Positions 17,872 through 27,475 of a stretch of 64,000 bases of DNA are shown piece after piece. The translations under genes and the position numbers were made by a program. Location of the stretch: contig CAWHTE010000003.1 in NCBI GenBank assembly GCA_963832165.1, positions 480,001-544,000 on the forward strand, in the 5' to 3' direction. The notes below the pieces were generated by a model, which saw nothing but the letters and a program-made list of their open reading frames with translations, was not told the DNA's origin and ran no database searches. Each line of letters opens with the position of its first letter. The stretch's first letter is position 1. This stretch comes from an uncultured delta proteobacterium. Its GTDB lineage: Bacteria > Myxococcota_A > UBA9160 > SMWR01.

Positions 17872-19077
17872 TCAGGCGCGCCGCGCGATCTTCGCGAGGT
17901 GCTCCACCTGGCCGTCGTCGCGTGCGAGCAGCACGTCATTGTAGCTCGACTCGCCGCGGTGGTTGTAGGCGTCGGCGCGCGCGTACGATAGCAGCACGCA
18001 CTTGCGGAACGGGCCCGGGCCCGTGGGCGGCGGCGCCGCGTGCATGATGTCGCCGTAGTGGAGCGTGACGTCGCCGGCGTCGGCGGCCAGACCGATGCCG
18101 CGCGGAGCGCGCGGGTCGGTGGCCTCGAAGAAGCCGAGCGATGCCTCGTGGCTGCCCGGCAGCATGCGCAGCTCGCCCGTCTCGGGGCGCGACGGCGCGA
18201 GGTAGATCGAGAAGATCAGCACCGGGCACATCGTCGCGTGGCCGCCCATCCCGCAGTCGCGATGCCAGGGCAGGTCGGAGAGGCCCTCGGTCATGAGCGG
18301 ATTCTTGATCAGGATCGCGACGCCGTCGCCCCACTGCTCACGGGGGACGAGCGGATGGTGCGAGAGCGCCGCGAGGTCCGCGATGCGCGGATCGCGCGCG
18401 AGCCCGCGCAGCTCTGCGTCCTCCTGGCCACAGCGCGTGACGCGGCACAGCACCTCGTTGCCGGCCGCGTTCTTGCCCCACCACGAGCGCTTGTCCCCCT
18501 TGCGCGCGCGACTCTCGAGCGCGAGAGCGCGCTCTTGCAGGAGCCGGGTTTCCTCGCGCGAGAACACGCCCTTCGCGAGCAGGTAGCCGGCGGTGCGCAG
18601 GAAGTGCGCCATGTCGGCGCGTTCGTCCGTGAGCGCGAAGCCCTGCATCGGGTCGAGCGGCCGGCCGCGGCGGTCGCGCAGGTCGGCGCGCTCGGGCGCG
18701 AAGACCGGTCGGCCGTGATACATCGCGCGTAGCCCGGGCTCCCACCGCACGAAGCGCATCGCGTCGCCCCGGGTGCAGCGCACGCGGCCCGCGTACAAGA
18801 GGCCCGGCGCGGACTCGAGGTCGTGCGCGAGCTCGGACCAGTGTTCGCGCGAGAGCTCGATCACCGTCTGCGCATCCGCGTCGCCGGCCACTACGTCGAC
18901 GCCACCCTCGCGCGGCCGATAGGTGAACGCCTCGCCGCCCGGAATCCGGAACGCGAGACCGCCTAACGCGATCAGCTCGTCTCGTGCCGCGAGCGCGCCA
19001 TGGCCCGCGGCGAGCCGGCGCGGCAGCTCCTCGCGGTGGAACGCGCAGAAATCGAGCGGGGTGAACGCGGAGCTCAC
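17872..19077 (-). CDS. Phytanoyl-CoA dioxygenase (PhyH) family Fe/2OG enzyme with N-terminal SCP2-like region
   Basis: LPWHRD, GELRMLPGSH, AGDVTLHYGDIMHAAPP. Start is 19077 (GTG) or 19101. Confidence 0.78.
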   Translation of the reverse strand: MSSAFTPLDFCAFHREELPRRLAAGHGALAARDELIALGGLAFRIPGGEAFTYRPREGGVDVVAGDADAQTVIELSREHWSELAHDLESAPGLLYAGRVRCTRGDAMRFVRWEPGLRAMYHGRPVFAPERADLRDRRGRPLDPMQGFALTDERADMAHFLRTAGYLLAKGVFSREETRLLQERALALESRARKGDKRSWWGKNAAGNEVLCRVTRCGQEDAELRGLARDPRIADLAALSHHPLVPREQWGDGVAILIKNPLMTEGLSDLPWHRDCGMGGHATMCPVLIFSIYLAPSRPETGELRMLPGSHEASLGFFEATDPRAPRGIGLAADAGDVTLHYGDIMHAAPPPTGPGPFRKCVLLSYARADAYNHRGESSYNDVLLARDDGQVEHLAKIARRA

Positions 19078-19220
19078 GCGGAACCTCCGGCGCCCGACCA
19101 TTGTAGATGGCGCAACCCCAACCGTCTTCTAGTATTGCCCTCGACGCTTCGCGCCCGGTGGGAGTTGCCACCGGGCATTCGGCGAGGACGGCTCGTGTCC
19201 GCCCCGCGCAGGAGAACGCG

Positions 19221-21194
19221 ATGACCCAGGTACGGCTCCCGGACGGGAGCACGCGCGAGCTTTCGGCGGGCGCGAACGCCGCGGACCTCGCGGCAGCGAT
19301 CGGCCCCGGACTCGCGAAGGCAGCCGTGGCCGCCAAGGTGAATGGAGAGATCGTCGATCTGTCCCGGCCGCTGCCCGAGGGTGCCGACGTGGCGCTGCTC
19401 ACGCGCAGGGACCCCGAAGCGCTCGAGGTGCTGCGCCATTCGGCCGCGCACCTGATGGCCGACGCGATCCTGCGCCTGTTCCCAGCCGCCGAGCTCACGA
19501 TCGGGCCCGTGGTCGAGGACGGCTTCTACTACGACATCTACCTGCCCGAAGGGAAGATCACGCCCGACGACTTCTCGCGCATCGAGGAGGAGATGGCGCG
19601 GATCGCGCGCGAGGATCACCCGTTCCAACGCTGCTCGGTCAAGGACCCGGAGCGCGACGAGAATTTCGCGCGCTACCGCGCGATCGACGGCGGACACAAC
19701 AAGTTCAAGCAGGAGATCGTCTCCGACATCCGCGCGCGCGGCGACGAGATCTCGCTGTACCGGCACGGCGATTTCGTGGACCTGTGCCGCGGGCCCCACG
19801 TGCCGAGCACGGGTTGGCTCGAGAACGTGAAGCTCACGAGCGTCGCGGGCTCGTACTGGCGCGCCGACGCGTCGCGCGAGCAGCTCGTGCGCGTGTACGG
19901 CACGGCGTTCTTCGACAAGAAGGAGCTGAAGGAGCATCTGCGCCTGATCGAGGAGGCGAAAAAGCGCGATCACCGCGTGCTCGGCGAGCAGCTCGATCTG
20001 TTCAGCTTCCACGAGGAGGCGCCCGGCTTCCCGTTCTTCCACCCGAACGGCACCGTGCTGTTCCATCTGCTCACCGACACGATGCGCGGGCTCCTGCGCC
20101 GGCGCGGCTACCAGGAGGTGAAGGCGCCGCTCGTTCTCTCGGAGGAGCTGTGGCACACGTCGGGCCACTACGACAACTACCTCGAAAACATGTTCTTCAC
20201 GAAGCTGAAGCTGCGCGACGCCAACGATCCGGAGCAGGTGCACGAGGACGTCGAGGAAGACCGCCCGATGGCGGTGAAGCCGATGAACTGCCCGGGCCAT
20301 CTGCTCGTCTACCGCACGCGCCCGCGCAGCCACAACGAGTTCCCGCTGCGCTTCTCGGAGATGGGGCTCGTGCACCGGCGCGAGCTGTCGGGCGTGCGCC
20401 ACGGCCTGTTCCGCGTGCAGGCGTTCACGCAGGACGACGCGCACCACTTCTGCACGCCCGAGCAGATCGAAGCGGAGATCGGGATGCTGATCGCGTTCTT
20501 CCGCGAGGTGTATGCGAAGTTCGACCTGGACGACGTGCGGATCGAGCTGTCGACGAGGCCCGAGAAGAGCATTGGCAGCGACGAGATCTGGGAGAAGGCC
20601 GAGGCCGCACTGCGCGGAGCGCTCGAGTCGCAGCAGATTCCGTACACGCTGAACGAGGGCGACGGCGCGTTCTACGGGCCGAAGATCGACTTCCACATCC
20701 GTGACGTGCTCAAACGTTCGTGGCAGTGCGGCACGATCCAGCTCGACTTTTCGATGCCCGCGCGCTTCGCACTCAGCTACATCGGCCCCGACGGTCAGCG
20801 CCACACGCCCGTGATGATCCACCGCGCGTGCTACGGCAGCATCGAGCGCTTCCTCGGGATCCTGATCGAGCACTACGCGGGGCGCTTCCCGCTGTGGCTG
20901 GCTCCGGTGCAGGCGGTCGTGATCCCGGTGAGCGACAAGTTCCTCGATTACGCGCGCGCCGTGCACGAGCAGCTGCTCGACGCGGGGCTGCGCGCCGAGG
21001 CGAACCTCAAGGACGACCGCGTCGGCTACAAGATCCGCGAGGCGAGCCTGCGCAAGCTGCCCTACGCGATCGTGGTCGGCGAGCGCGAGCAGGCGGCAGG
21101 CACGCTCAACGCGCGCTCGCGCGACGCGGGCGAGCTCGGGGAGATGAGCGTCACGGATTTTCTCGCGCGCGTCGCGCAGGAGAGCGCCGCTTGA
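19221..21194 (+). CDS. thrS: Threonine--tRNA ligase
   Basis: TGS domain LPDGS, RHSAAHL, DLCRGPH, RDHR, KPMNCPGH, FTQDDAH, GAFYGPKID, HRACYGSIERF; AGGAG RBS. Confidence 0.98.
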   Translation: MTQVRLPDGSTRELSAGANAADLAAAIGPGLAKAAVAAKVNGEIVDLSRPLPEGADVALLTRRDPEALEVLRHSAAHLMADAILRLFPAAELTIGPVVEDGFYYDIYLPEGKITPDDFSRIEEEMARIAREDHPFQRCSVKDPERDENFARYRAIDGGHNKFKQEIVSDIRARGDEISLYRHGDFVDLCRGPHVPSTGWLENVKLTSVAGSYWRADASREQLVRVYGTAFFDKKELKEHLRLIEEAKKRDHRVLGEQLDLFSFHEEAPGFPFFHPNGTVLFHLLTDTMRGLLRRRGYQEVKAPLVLSEELWHTSGHYDNYLENMFFTKLKLRDANDPEQVHEDVEEDRPMAVKPMNCPGHLLVYRTRPRSHNEFPLRFSEMGLVHRRELSGVRHGLFRVQAFTQDDAHHFCTPEQIEAEIGMLIAFFREVYAKFDLDDVRIELSTRPEKSIGSDEIWEKAEAALRGALESQQIPYTLNEGDGAFYGPKIDFHIRDVLKRSWQCGTIQLDFSMPARFALSYIGPDGQRHTPVMIHRACYGSIERFLGILIEHYAGRFPLWLAPVQAVVIPVSDKFLDYARAVHEQLLDAGLRAEANLKDDRVGYKIREASLRKLPYAIVVGEREQAAGTLNARSRDAGELGEMSVTDFLARVAQESAA

Positions 21195-21248
21195 CGGAAA
21201 CGTGCTCGGCGTGCCAAGAAACGGGTTACACAACGGAGGACGAATGAG

Positions 21249-21896
21249 ATGACGACTCCCTTCAATCTGAGTGAGACGGACCGCCTGCTCTCGACCACGC
21301 GCGCGGTGCGCAAACGGCTGGACTTGAATCGCCCCGTCGAGAAGAACGTGATCCTGGATTGCATCCGGCTCTCGCAGCAGGCGCCCACGGGCAGCAATGG
21401 CCAGTCGTGGCGCTGGGTCGTGGTGACGGACGCCGGCAAGCGCGCCGAGCTCGCGCGGCTCTATAAAGAGGTGGGCGACCAGTACCTCGAGATGGCACGC
21501 AACAACGTGCCTGCCGGCGACGAGCAGACCAAGCGCGTCTACGACTCGGCGTTCTGGCTGAAGGACCACCTGCACGAGGTGCCCGTGCACGTGATTCCGT
21601 GTGTTGTCGGTCGGCTGCCCGAGAACGCGCCGCACGGGATGGTGGCGTCGATGTACGGATCGATCTTCCCCGCGGTCTGGAGCTTCCAGCTCGCGTTGCG
21701 CTCGCGCGGCCTCGGCTCGACGCTCACGACGCTGCACCTGTTCCGCGAGGCCGACGCGGCGAAGCTGCTCGGGATTCCGGAAGGCGTGAGCCAGGTGGCG
21801 CTGCTGCCGATCGCCTACACGACGGGCGTGGACTTCAAGGTCGCGAAGCGGCCCGCGCCCGAGACGATCACGTCGTTCGACAGCTGGAGCGCTTGA
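21249..21896 (+). CDS. Nitroreductase family protein
   Basis: TTRAVRKRLD, QAPTGSNGQSW, LALRSRGLGSTLTT. Confidence 0.9.
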   Translation: MTTPFNLSETDRLLSTTRAVRKRLDLNRPVEKNVILDCIRLSQQAPTGSNGQSWRWVVVTDAGKRAELARLYKEVGDQYLEMARNNVPAGDEQTKRVYDSAFWLKDHLHEVPVHVIPCVVGRLPENAPHGMVASMYGSIFPAVWSFQLALRSRGLGSTLTTLHLFREADAAKLLGIPEGVSQVALLPIAYTTGVDFKVAKRPAPETITSFDSWSA

Positions 21897-21915
21897 CGGG
21901 TGACGTGAGGCGACC

Positions 21916-22788
21916 GTGCCGCTCTCTTCCGACACAGTCGGCGCGATCGGGGAGCCGCTGCGGTCCGCGATCGATGCGCGCTGGACCATGGCCTTCGCTG
22001 CGGGTCTGGGCGAAGCGCGGGCGGCCTACCTGGACACGCGCACGCGCGCTGATGTGCTCGCGCATCCGCTGTTCCCCGTGTGCTTCGAATGGCCCGCGTT
22101 TCTCTCGACGCGTCATCTGCCGATCGACGACACCTTGTCCCGCGAGGAACGGCTGCGCGGCGTGCACGCGTCGCACGAACTTTTGCTGCACCGGCCTCTG
22201 CGCGCGGGCATCGAGGTGGAGACGCGCGCGACGATCAGCCGCGTCGAGCAGCGCCCTGCGGGCGCATTCCAGGTCGTGCGGCTCGACACCCGCGACGCCG
22301 CCGGAGCGAAGGTGTGCACGACCTGGTACGGGTCGATCTTCCGGGGCGTGGCGGTCATGGGTGGAGATCGCGCGCTCGGCGACGAGCCGGAGGCGCCGGC
22401 GCCGATCGCGCCCGACGCCGCGCCGCGCGACACGCGCGAGATCATGCTCGCCGCGACCGCCGCGCATGTCTACACCGAGTGCGCACGGATCTGGAACCCG
22501 ATCCACAGCGATGCGGCGGTGGCGGCGCGCGCGGGGCTTCCGGGCATCATCCTCCACGGAACGGCGGCCCTCGCCCTGGCCGTCGGCGCAGTCGTCGACG
22601 CAGTACTGGGTGGCGATCCGGAGCGCGTGGAGCGCGTCGCGGTGCGCTTCACCGCGATGATCCGATTACCCTCGCGATTGCGGGTGCGGATCTTCTCGCC
22701 CGAACGCGACCCCTGCATCCGCTTCGACGTCCTGAACGACGAGGAGCAGATCGCATTGCGCAGCGGCCTGGTCGCCGCGCGCGCCTGA
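21916..22788 (+). CDS. MaoC-like double hot-dog (R)-hydratase/dehydratase
   Basis: WNPIHSD...AGLPGIILHG hydratase motif; N-terminal AHPLF...VHASH hot-dog domain. Confidence 0.85.
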   Translation: MPLSSDTVGAIGEPLRSAIDARWTMAFAAGLGEARAAYLDTRTRADVLAHPLFPVCFEWPAFLSTRHLPIDDTLSREERLRGVHASHELLLHRPLRAGIEVETRATISRVEQRPAGAFQVVRLDTRDAAGAKVCTTWYGSIFRGVAVMGGDRALGDEPEAPAPIAPDAAPRDTREIMLAATAAHVYTECARIWNPIHSDAAVAARAGLPGIILHGTAALALAVGAVVDAVLGGDPERVERVAVRFTAMIRLPSRLRVRIFSPERDPCIRFDVLNDEEQIALRSGLVAARA

Positions 22789-22801
22789 CCGGAGGTACGA
22801 G

Positions 22802-24379
22802 ATGTCCGACGCAACCGGCACGATCGCGGTGCACGCGGAGCGCGATCCGAGCCGGGTCGCGGTGATCTACGGAAACGGCGACTTCGTCGAGACCTGGGGC
22901 GAGCTCGAGCAGCGCTCGCGGCGCTGGGCGCATCTCCTGCGAGCGCGCGGGCTCGCGCGCGGCGGGTGCGTCGCCGCGATCGTCGGCAACGACGATCCCG
23001 TGTTCATGGATCTGTTCTGGGCGTGCCACCGGATCGGGGTCTACTTCACGCCCGTCAACTGGCACCTCCAGGAGCCGGAGATCCAGTACATCGTCGACGA
23101 CTGCGACGCCGACGCGATCGTGGTGTCGCCGCGCTTCGCGGCGACGGCCGCGCGCGTGGCGCCGCAGTGCCCGAAGGCGCAGGTGCGCATCGTCACGGGC
23201 GGCTCCGCGCCAGGCGGGTTCGAGACACTCGCCGACGCGCTGGCCGAGACCCCTGAGGACGCGCCGCTTCCGGATCAAGCCGAGGGCTCGATCATGCTCT
23301 ACTCGTCGGGCACGACGGGGCGCCCGAAGGGCGTGCGCCGGCCGCTGCCCGACGGCCCCCCCGGCGAGCCCGGCACCACCGCATTCGCGCGCGGTTTCAT
23401 GGGGCTGTTCGGGCTCGGCGGCGACGAGCGCTACCTCGTTCCCGCGCCGCTCTACCACGCGGCCCCGCTCGGGTGGAGCACGAACCTGATGCGCAACGGA
23501 TCGTCGGTGGTGATCATGCCGCGCTTCGATCCGGAGCTCGCGCTGCAGATGATCCAGGACCAGCGCGTGACCGCGTCGCAGTGGGTGCCGACCCACTTCC
23601 GCCGGCTGCTCCAGCTCCCGGAGGCCGTGCGCGCGAAGTACGACCTGTCGTCGCTGCGCTTCGCCGTGCACGCGGCCGCACCGTGTCCGATTCCCGTGAA
23701 GCAGCAGATGATCGCGTGGTGGGGAGATGCGATCGTCGAGTACTACGCCGGCACCGAGGGCGGCGGAACCCTCGTGCGCGCGCGCGAGTGGCTGGAGCGC
23801 CCGGGCACGGTGGGACGCCACTGGGCGGGCGGCAAGATCTGGATCCTCGACGAGGACGGCAACGAGGTGACCCGGCCCGGTGTCGAGGGCGCGATCTATT
23901 TCCCGACGCCGCCGGGCGTGACGCGTTTCTCGTACCACAAGGACCCGGCCAAGACCGCGAAGACCTATCGCGGCGATCTCTACACGATCGGCGACATCGG
24001 CTATCTCGACGAGGCGGGGTATCTGTTCCTCACCGATCGCCAGTCGAACATGATCATCTCGGGCGGCGTGAACATCTATCCGCAGGAGACCGAGAACCAC
24101 CTGATCGTGCACCCGAAGGTCGACGACGTCGCCGTGATCGGCGTGCCCGACGAGGAGATGGGTGAGGCGGTGAAGGCCGTGGTGATCCCGGCCGCGGGCG
24201 CGGAGCCGGGTCCCGAGCTCGAGGCCGAGCTGATCGCCTGGTGCCGCTCGGGGATCGCCCACTACAAGTGCCCGAAGACGATCGACTTCGTGCGCGAGCT
24301 TCCGCGCACCGAGACGGGCAAGATGGCCAAGCGCGTGCTGCGCGACCGCTACTGGGGCGAAGGTCGCAAGCTGGTGTAG
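22802..24379 (+). CDS. Acyl-CoA synthetase (AMP-binding)
   Basis: YSSGTTGRPKG, EYYAGTEG, GDIGYLD, IISGGVNIYP, PRTETGK. Confidence 0.95.
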   Translation: MSDATGTIAVHAERDPSRVAVIYGNGDFVETWGELEQRSRRWAHLLRARGLARGGCVAAIVGNDDPVFMDLFWACHRIGVYFTPVNWHLQEPEIQYIVDDCDADAIVVSPRFAATAARVAPQCPKAQVRIVTGGSAPGGFETLADALAETPEDAPLPDQAEGSIMLYSSGTTGRPKGVRRPLPDGPPGEPGTTAFARGFMGLFGLGGDERYLVPAPLYHAAPLGWSTNLMRNGSSVVIMPRFDPELALQMIQDQRVTASQWVPTHFRRLLQLPEAVRAKYDLSSLRFAVHAAAPCPIPVKQQMIAWWGDAIVEYYAGTEGGGTLVRAREWLERPGTVGRHWAGGKIWILDEDGNEVTRPGVEGAIYFPTPPGVTRFSYHKDPAKTAKTYRGDLYTIGDIGYLDEAGYLFLTDRQSNMIISGGVNIYPQETENHLIVHPKVDDVAVIGVPDEEMGEAVKAVVIPAAGAEPGPELEAELIAWCRSGIAHYKCPKTIDFVRELPRTETGKMAKRVLRDRYWGEGRKLV

Positions 24380-24469
24380 AGCGTCGCGCGCGTGGACGAG
24401 AGCGCGGCGAGCACCGCCGAGGAGACGGTCACCCGCCGCGCGCTCTGATTCAGCGCATAGAAGAAGCGA

Positions 24470-24670
24470 TTACTTGCGGCGCCGCGACACGAGGCCGGCC
24501 ACGGTCAGCGCCACGCCCATGAGGAGCGCGCCGCTCGGCTCCGGAACCGGAGCCGGAGGCGGGGTCCCGCCGCCGCACAGGAGGATCCCCAGGAGGCAGA
24601 GATCCGCGAGTGCCGCGGTCGGCACCAGGAACAGAAGCGCAGAGAACAGCAGAGTCTTGGTCAACTTCAT
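24470..24670 (-). CDS. 66-aa micro PEP-CTERM protein
   Basis: GGAG RBS 9 nt upstream; signal peptide MKLTKTLLFSALLFLVPTAALA, then DLCLLGILLCGGGTPPPAP, then VPEPSGALLMGVALTVAGLVSRRRK. Confidence 0.85.
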   Translation of the reverse strand: MKLTKTLLFSALLFLVPTAALADLCLLGILLCGGGTPPPAPVPEPSGALLMGVALTVAGLVSRRRK

Positions 24671-24786
24671 GATCAGCATCTCCAGCGGGTGCAGGTGAAT
24701 CGAGTTGGCTGTTGGTGGCCCCGAGCCGCCTCGAGGTGACAGGTCCTCGGGGGAAGTCGCGGGTCCGGAGTTCGTCCGGCCCGCGA

Positions 24787-24816
24787 ATTCTCTCATGATT
24801 TTGGAACGGGGGTCAA
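24787..24816 (-). promoter_or_regulatory. Candidate sigma70-type promoter for the micro PEP-CTERM gene
   Basis: Minus strand TTGACC-N18-GAGAAT with a TGn extended -10. Confidence 0.35.
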
Positions 24817-24837
24817 TACCTACAGTAAGGGATCTGG

Positions 24838-26334
24838 CTATCCCCTAGGGGATCCCCAGCGCGTCTCGAGCAGATCCAGCCCCTTGAGCAGCGCGTTGCG
24901 CAGGTCTCGCGGGTCGATCACGTCGTCGTAGGTCAGGCCCGCCGCCATGCCCCACGGCCCGGACCGCTGTCGGGCTTCGACCTTGGCCTGCGTGGCCTCG
25001 TCGAGCTTCGCTGATTTCCCGCCGGAATCGGCGGGCATCGCGTCCATCGTGACGCCCGGAAACGCGAACGAGAGCGTCTGATGGTCGAACGGGTTCTGGC
25101 CCATCGTGACGGCCCCGAAGCCGAACGATTTGCGCATCGTGACGTGCAGCTTCGGCACGCGCGCGCGGCGCTGCGCCTTGAACATCTTGCCGCCCCACTT
25201 GAGGATGCCGTCGCGCTCGGCCTGCGTGCCCGCCATCACGCCCGGATTGTCGGCGAGGAACACGAGCGGAAGGCCGAATGCGTCCGCGGTCGCGATGAAG
25301 TCCATCGCCTTGATCGCGGCAGGGCTGTCGACCGCGCCTGCGCGAACGGCCGGGTTGTTGGCGAGGATCGCCACCGAGCGCCCGCCGAGCCAGGCGAGTG
25401 CGCACACGAGCGAGCGCCCGTAGCGCGGCTGGATCTCGAGCAGGCCGCCCTCGTCGACGAGCTCCTCGAGGATCGGGAGCACCTTGTAGGGGCGGCGGTC
25501 GTTCGCGGGCATGATCTCGAGGATCCGCTCGAGCCGACGCGGTCCGGTGTCGGGTCCGCTGCGGCGCGGCGCGCGCTCGTCGCAGCTCGACGGGAAGTAG
25601 CAGAGATAACGCCGCGCGAGCGCGATCGCGGCCGCGTCGTCGGGCGCGACGTTGTGCGCGGTGCCCGCGATCTCCGCGCAGATCTTGGGACCGCCGAGCT
25701 CGTCCTTCGTGACGTCTTCGCCGGTCGCGGCCTTCACGAGCGGCGGACCGCCCGTGAACATCGATGCGCCCTCGCTCATGATCGTGATGTCGGAGAGCGG
25801 CGAGGTGAGCGCGCCGTGTCCCGCCGACGCGCCGAGCACGAGACACACCATCGGCACCTGGCCCGACAGATCCGCGAGCGCGAGCAGGTCGTTCGGCGCG
25901 CGGCCCGCGTGTCCGCCGAGCGTGCTCGTGAGCCGGTGGCCCGCGCCGTCGAGCATGAACACGAGCGGCACGCGCTCCTGCAGCGCGAGCTCGCAGATCC
26001 GATAGCGCTTGGACATCGCGCCGATCCCGATCGAGCCGCCGAGCACGCTGAAGTCTTCGGCGCCCGCGAACGCGGTGCGGCCGTCGATCTTGCCGAAGCC
26101 CGCGACGAGTGCGTCGGCCGGGATCTCCGTGCCGCCCGCGAGCGCGCCGATCTCGACGAACGTGCCCGGATCGAACAGGTGCGCGATGCGCTGGCGCGCG
26201 TCGAGCTTGCCCCGCCCGTGCAACAGGCGCCCGATGCGCTCGGGCCCGCCCATCGCGCGCGCGGCGGTCTGTCGGCGCTCGAGCTCGTCGAGCAGGGGTT
26301 TCCAGCCGTTCCAGGGATCGCCAGCGTCGCTCAC
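24838..26334 (-). CDS. Acyl-CoA carboxylase carboxyltransferase subunit
   Basis: GKLDARQRI..LFDPGTFVEIG, DFSVLGGSIG, MFTGGPPLVKAATGE, LADNPGVMAG; GGAGG RBS. Confidence 0.92.
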   Translation of the reverse strand: MSDAGDPWNGWKPLLDELERRQTAARAMGGPERIGRLLHGRGKLDARQRIAHLFDPGTFVEIGALAGGTEIPADALVAGFGKIDGRTAFAGAEDFSVLGGSIGIGAMSKRYRICELALQERVPLVFMLDGAGHRLTSTLGGHAGRAPNDLLALADLSGQVPMVCLVLGASAGHGALTSPLSDITIMSEGASMFTGGPPLVKAATGEDVTKDELGGPKICAEIAGTAHNVAPDDAAAIALARRYLCYFPSSCDERAPRRSGPDTGPRRLERILEIMPANDRRPYKVLPILEELVDEGGLLEIQPRYGRSLVCALAWLGGRSVAILANNPAVRAGAVDSPAAIKAMDFIATADAFGLPLVFLADNPGVMAGTQAERDGILKWGGKMFKAQRRARVPKLHVTMRKSFGFGAVTMGQNPFDHQTLSFAFPGVTMDAMPADSGGKSAKLDEATQAKVEARQRSGPWGMAAGLTYDDVIDPRDLRNALLKGLDLLETRWGSPRG

Positions 26335-26395
26335 GACATCCTCCGCGCGCGATGTTATATCAGCGGTCCCTCGCCACCCGCCCGGAGCAGACAGC

Positions 26396-27475
26396 ATGGA
26401 TTTCGGCCTGTCCGACGAGCAGCGCCTGCTCCAGGACACGATCCGCGGCTTTGCCGCCGCGGAGTGTCCGCCGGCGCGCTTGCGCCCGCTCTTCGAAGCG
26501 GGGCAGGGGCACGACCCCGGGCTCTGGAAGGGACTCGTCGAGATCGGCGTCGCGGGTCTCGCGTTGCCGGAGGATCACGGCGGCAGCGCGCTCGAGGTGC
26601 TCGATCTCGCGCTCGCGGCCGAGGTGATCGGCGAGAGCGCGCTGCCGGTGCCGTTCCTGGGTCACGCGCTCGCGGGTCTCGCGATCGCGTGGGGCGGCAG
26701 CCCGGAGCAGTGCGCCGCGTGGCTCCCGCGCCTCGCGACCGGCGACACGCTCGCGACGGTCGCACTCGGCGAGCCCGGCGAGCGCTGGCAGCCCGAGCAG
26801 TGGCAGGCCGAGCTCGCGCGCGGGCGGATCTCCGGGCGCAAGAGCTTCGTGCCCGACGGTGGCGCGGCCGATCTCATCGTGGTGGGAACGCGCGGCGGCG
26901 GGCTCGCGCTCGTGGTGCGCGGTGCCGCGGGCGTTCGCTGCGAATCGATGCCCGGCGTGGACCGCACGCGATCGCTCTCCGAGCTCGATCTCGCGCGCGC
27001 CGAGGCGGAGCCGCTGCCCGACGGCGCGAACGTCTCCGCGCGCGTGCGCGACACCGGGCTCGTGCTGCTCGCGGCCGACGCGTTCGGCGCCGCGTGGCGC
27101 CTCCTGCGCATGACGGCGGCCTATGCGGGTACGCGCGAGCAGTTCGGCACGCGGCTCGCTCAGTTCCAGGCCGTCAAGCACCAGCTCGCGAATGCGGTGA
27201 CCGAGCTCGAGCCGACGCGTGGACTGCTCTGGTACGCCGCGCACGCGGTCGATCGCCTGCCCGAGCGCGCCGCGCATGCGGCCGCCGTGGCGAAGGCGCA
27301 CATCACCGATCGCGCCGTCGGGATCGCGCGCGATGCGGTCGAGCTGCACGGCGGGATCGGCTACACGTGGGAATCGGACGTGCAGATCTGGTTCAAGCGC
27401 ATCTTGTTCGACCGCGCGTTCCTGGGCACGCCCGAGCTGCACCGCGAGCGCAGCGCGCAGCTGGCAGGTTGGTAA
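26396..27475 (+). CDS. Acyl-CoA dehydrogenase, short subunit of a heteromeric pair
   Basis: MDFGLSDEQ, REQFG..LAQFQAVKHQLA, ELHGGIGYTWE. Confidence 0.9.
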   Translation: MDFGLSDEQRLLQDTIRGFAAAECPPARLRPLFEAGQGHDPGLWKGLVEIGVAGLALPEDHGGSALEVLDLALAAEVIGESALPVPFLGHALAGLAIAWGGSPEQCAAWLPRLATGDTLATVALGEPGERWQPEQWQAELARGRISGRKSFVPDGGAADLIVVGTRGGGLALVVRGAAGVRCESMPGVDRTRSLSELDLARAEAEPLPDGANVSARVRDTGLVLLAADAFGAAWRLLRMTAAYAGTREQFGTRLAQFQAVKHQLANAVTELEPTRGLLWYAAHAVDRLPERAAHAAAVAKAHITDRAVGIARDAVELHGGIGYTWESDVQIWFKRILFDRAFLGTPELHRERSAQLAGW

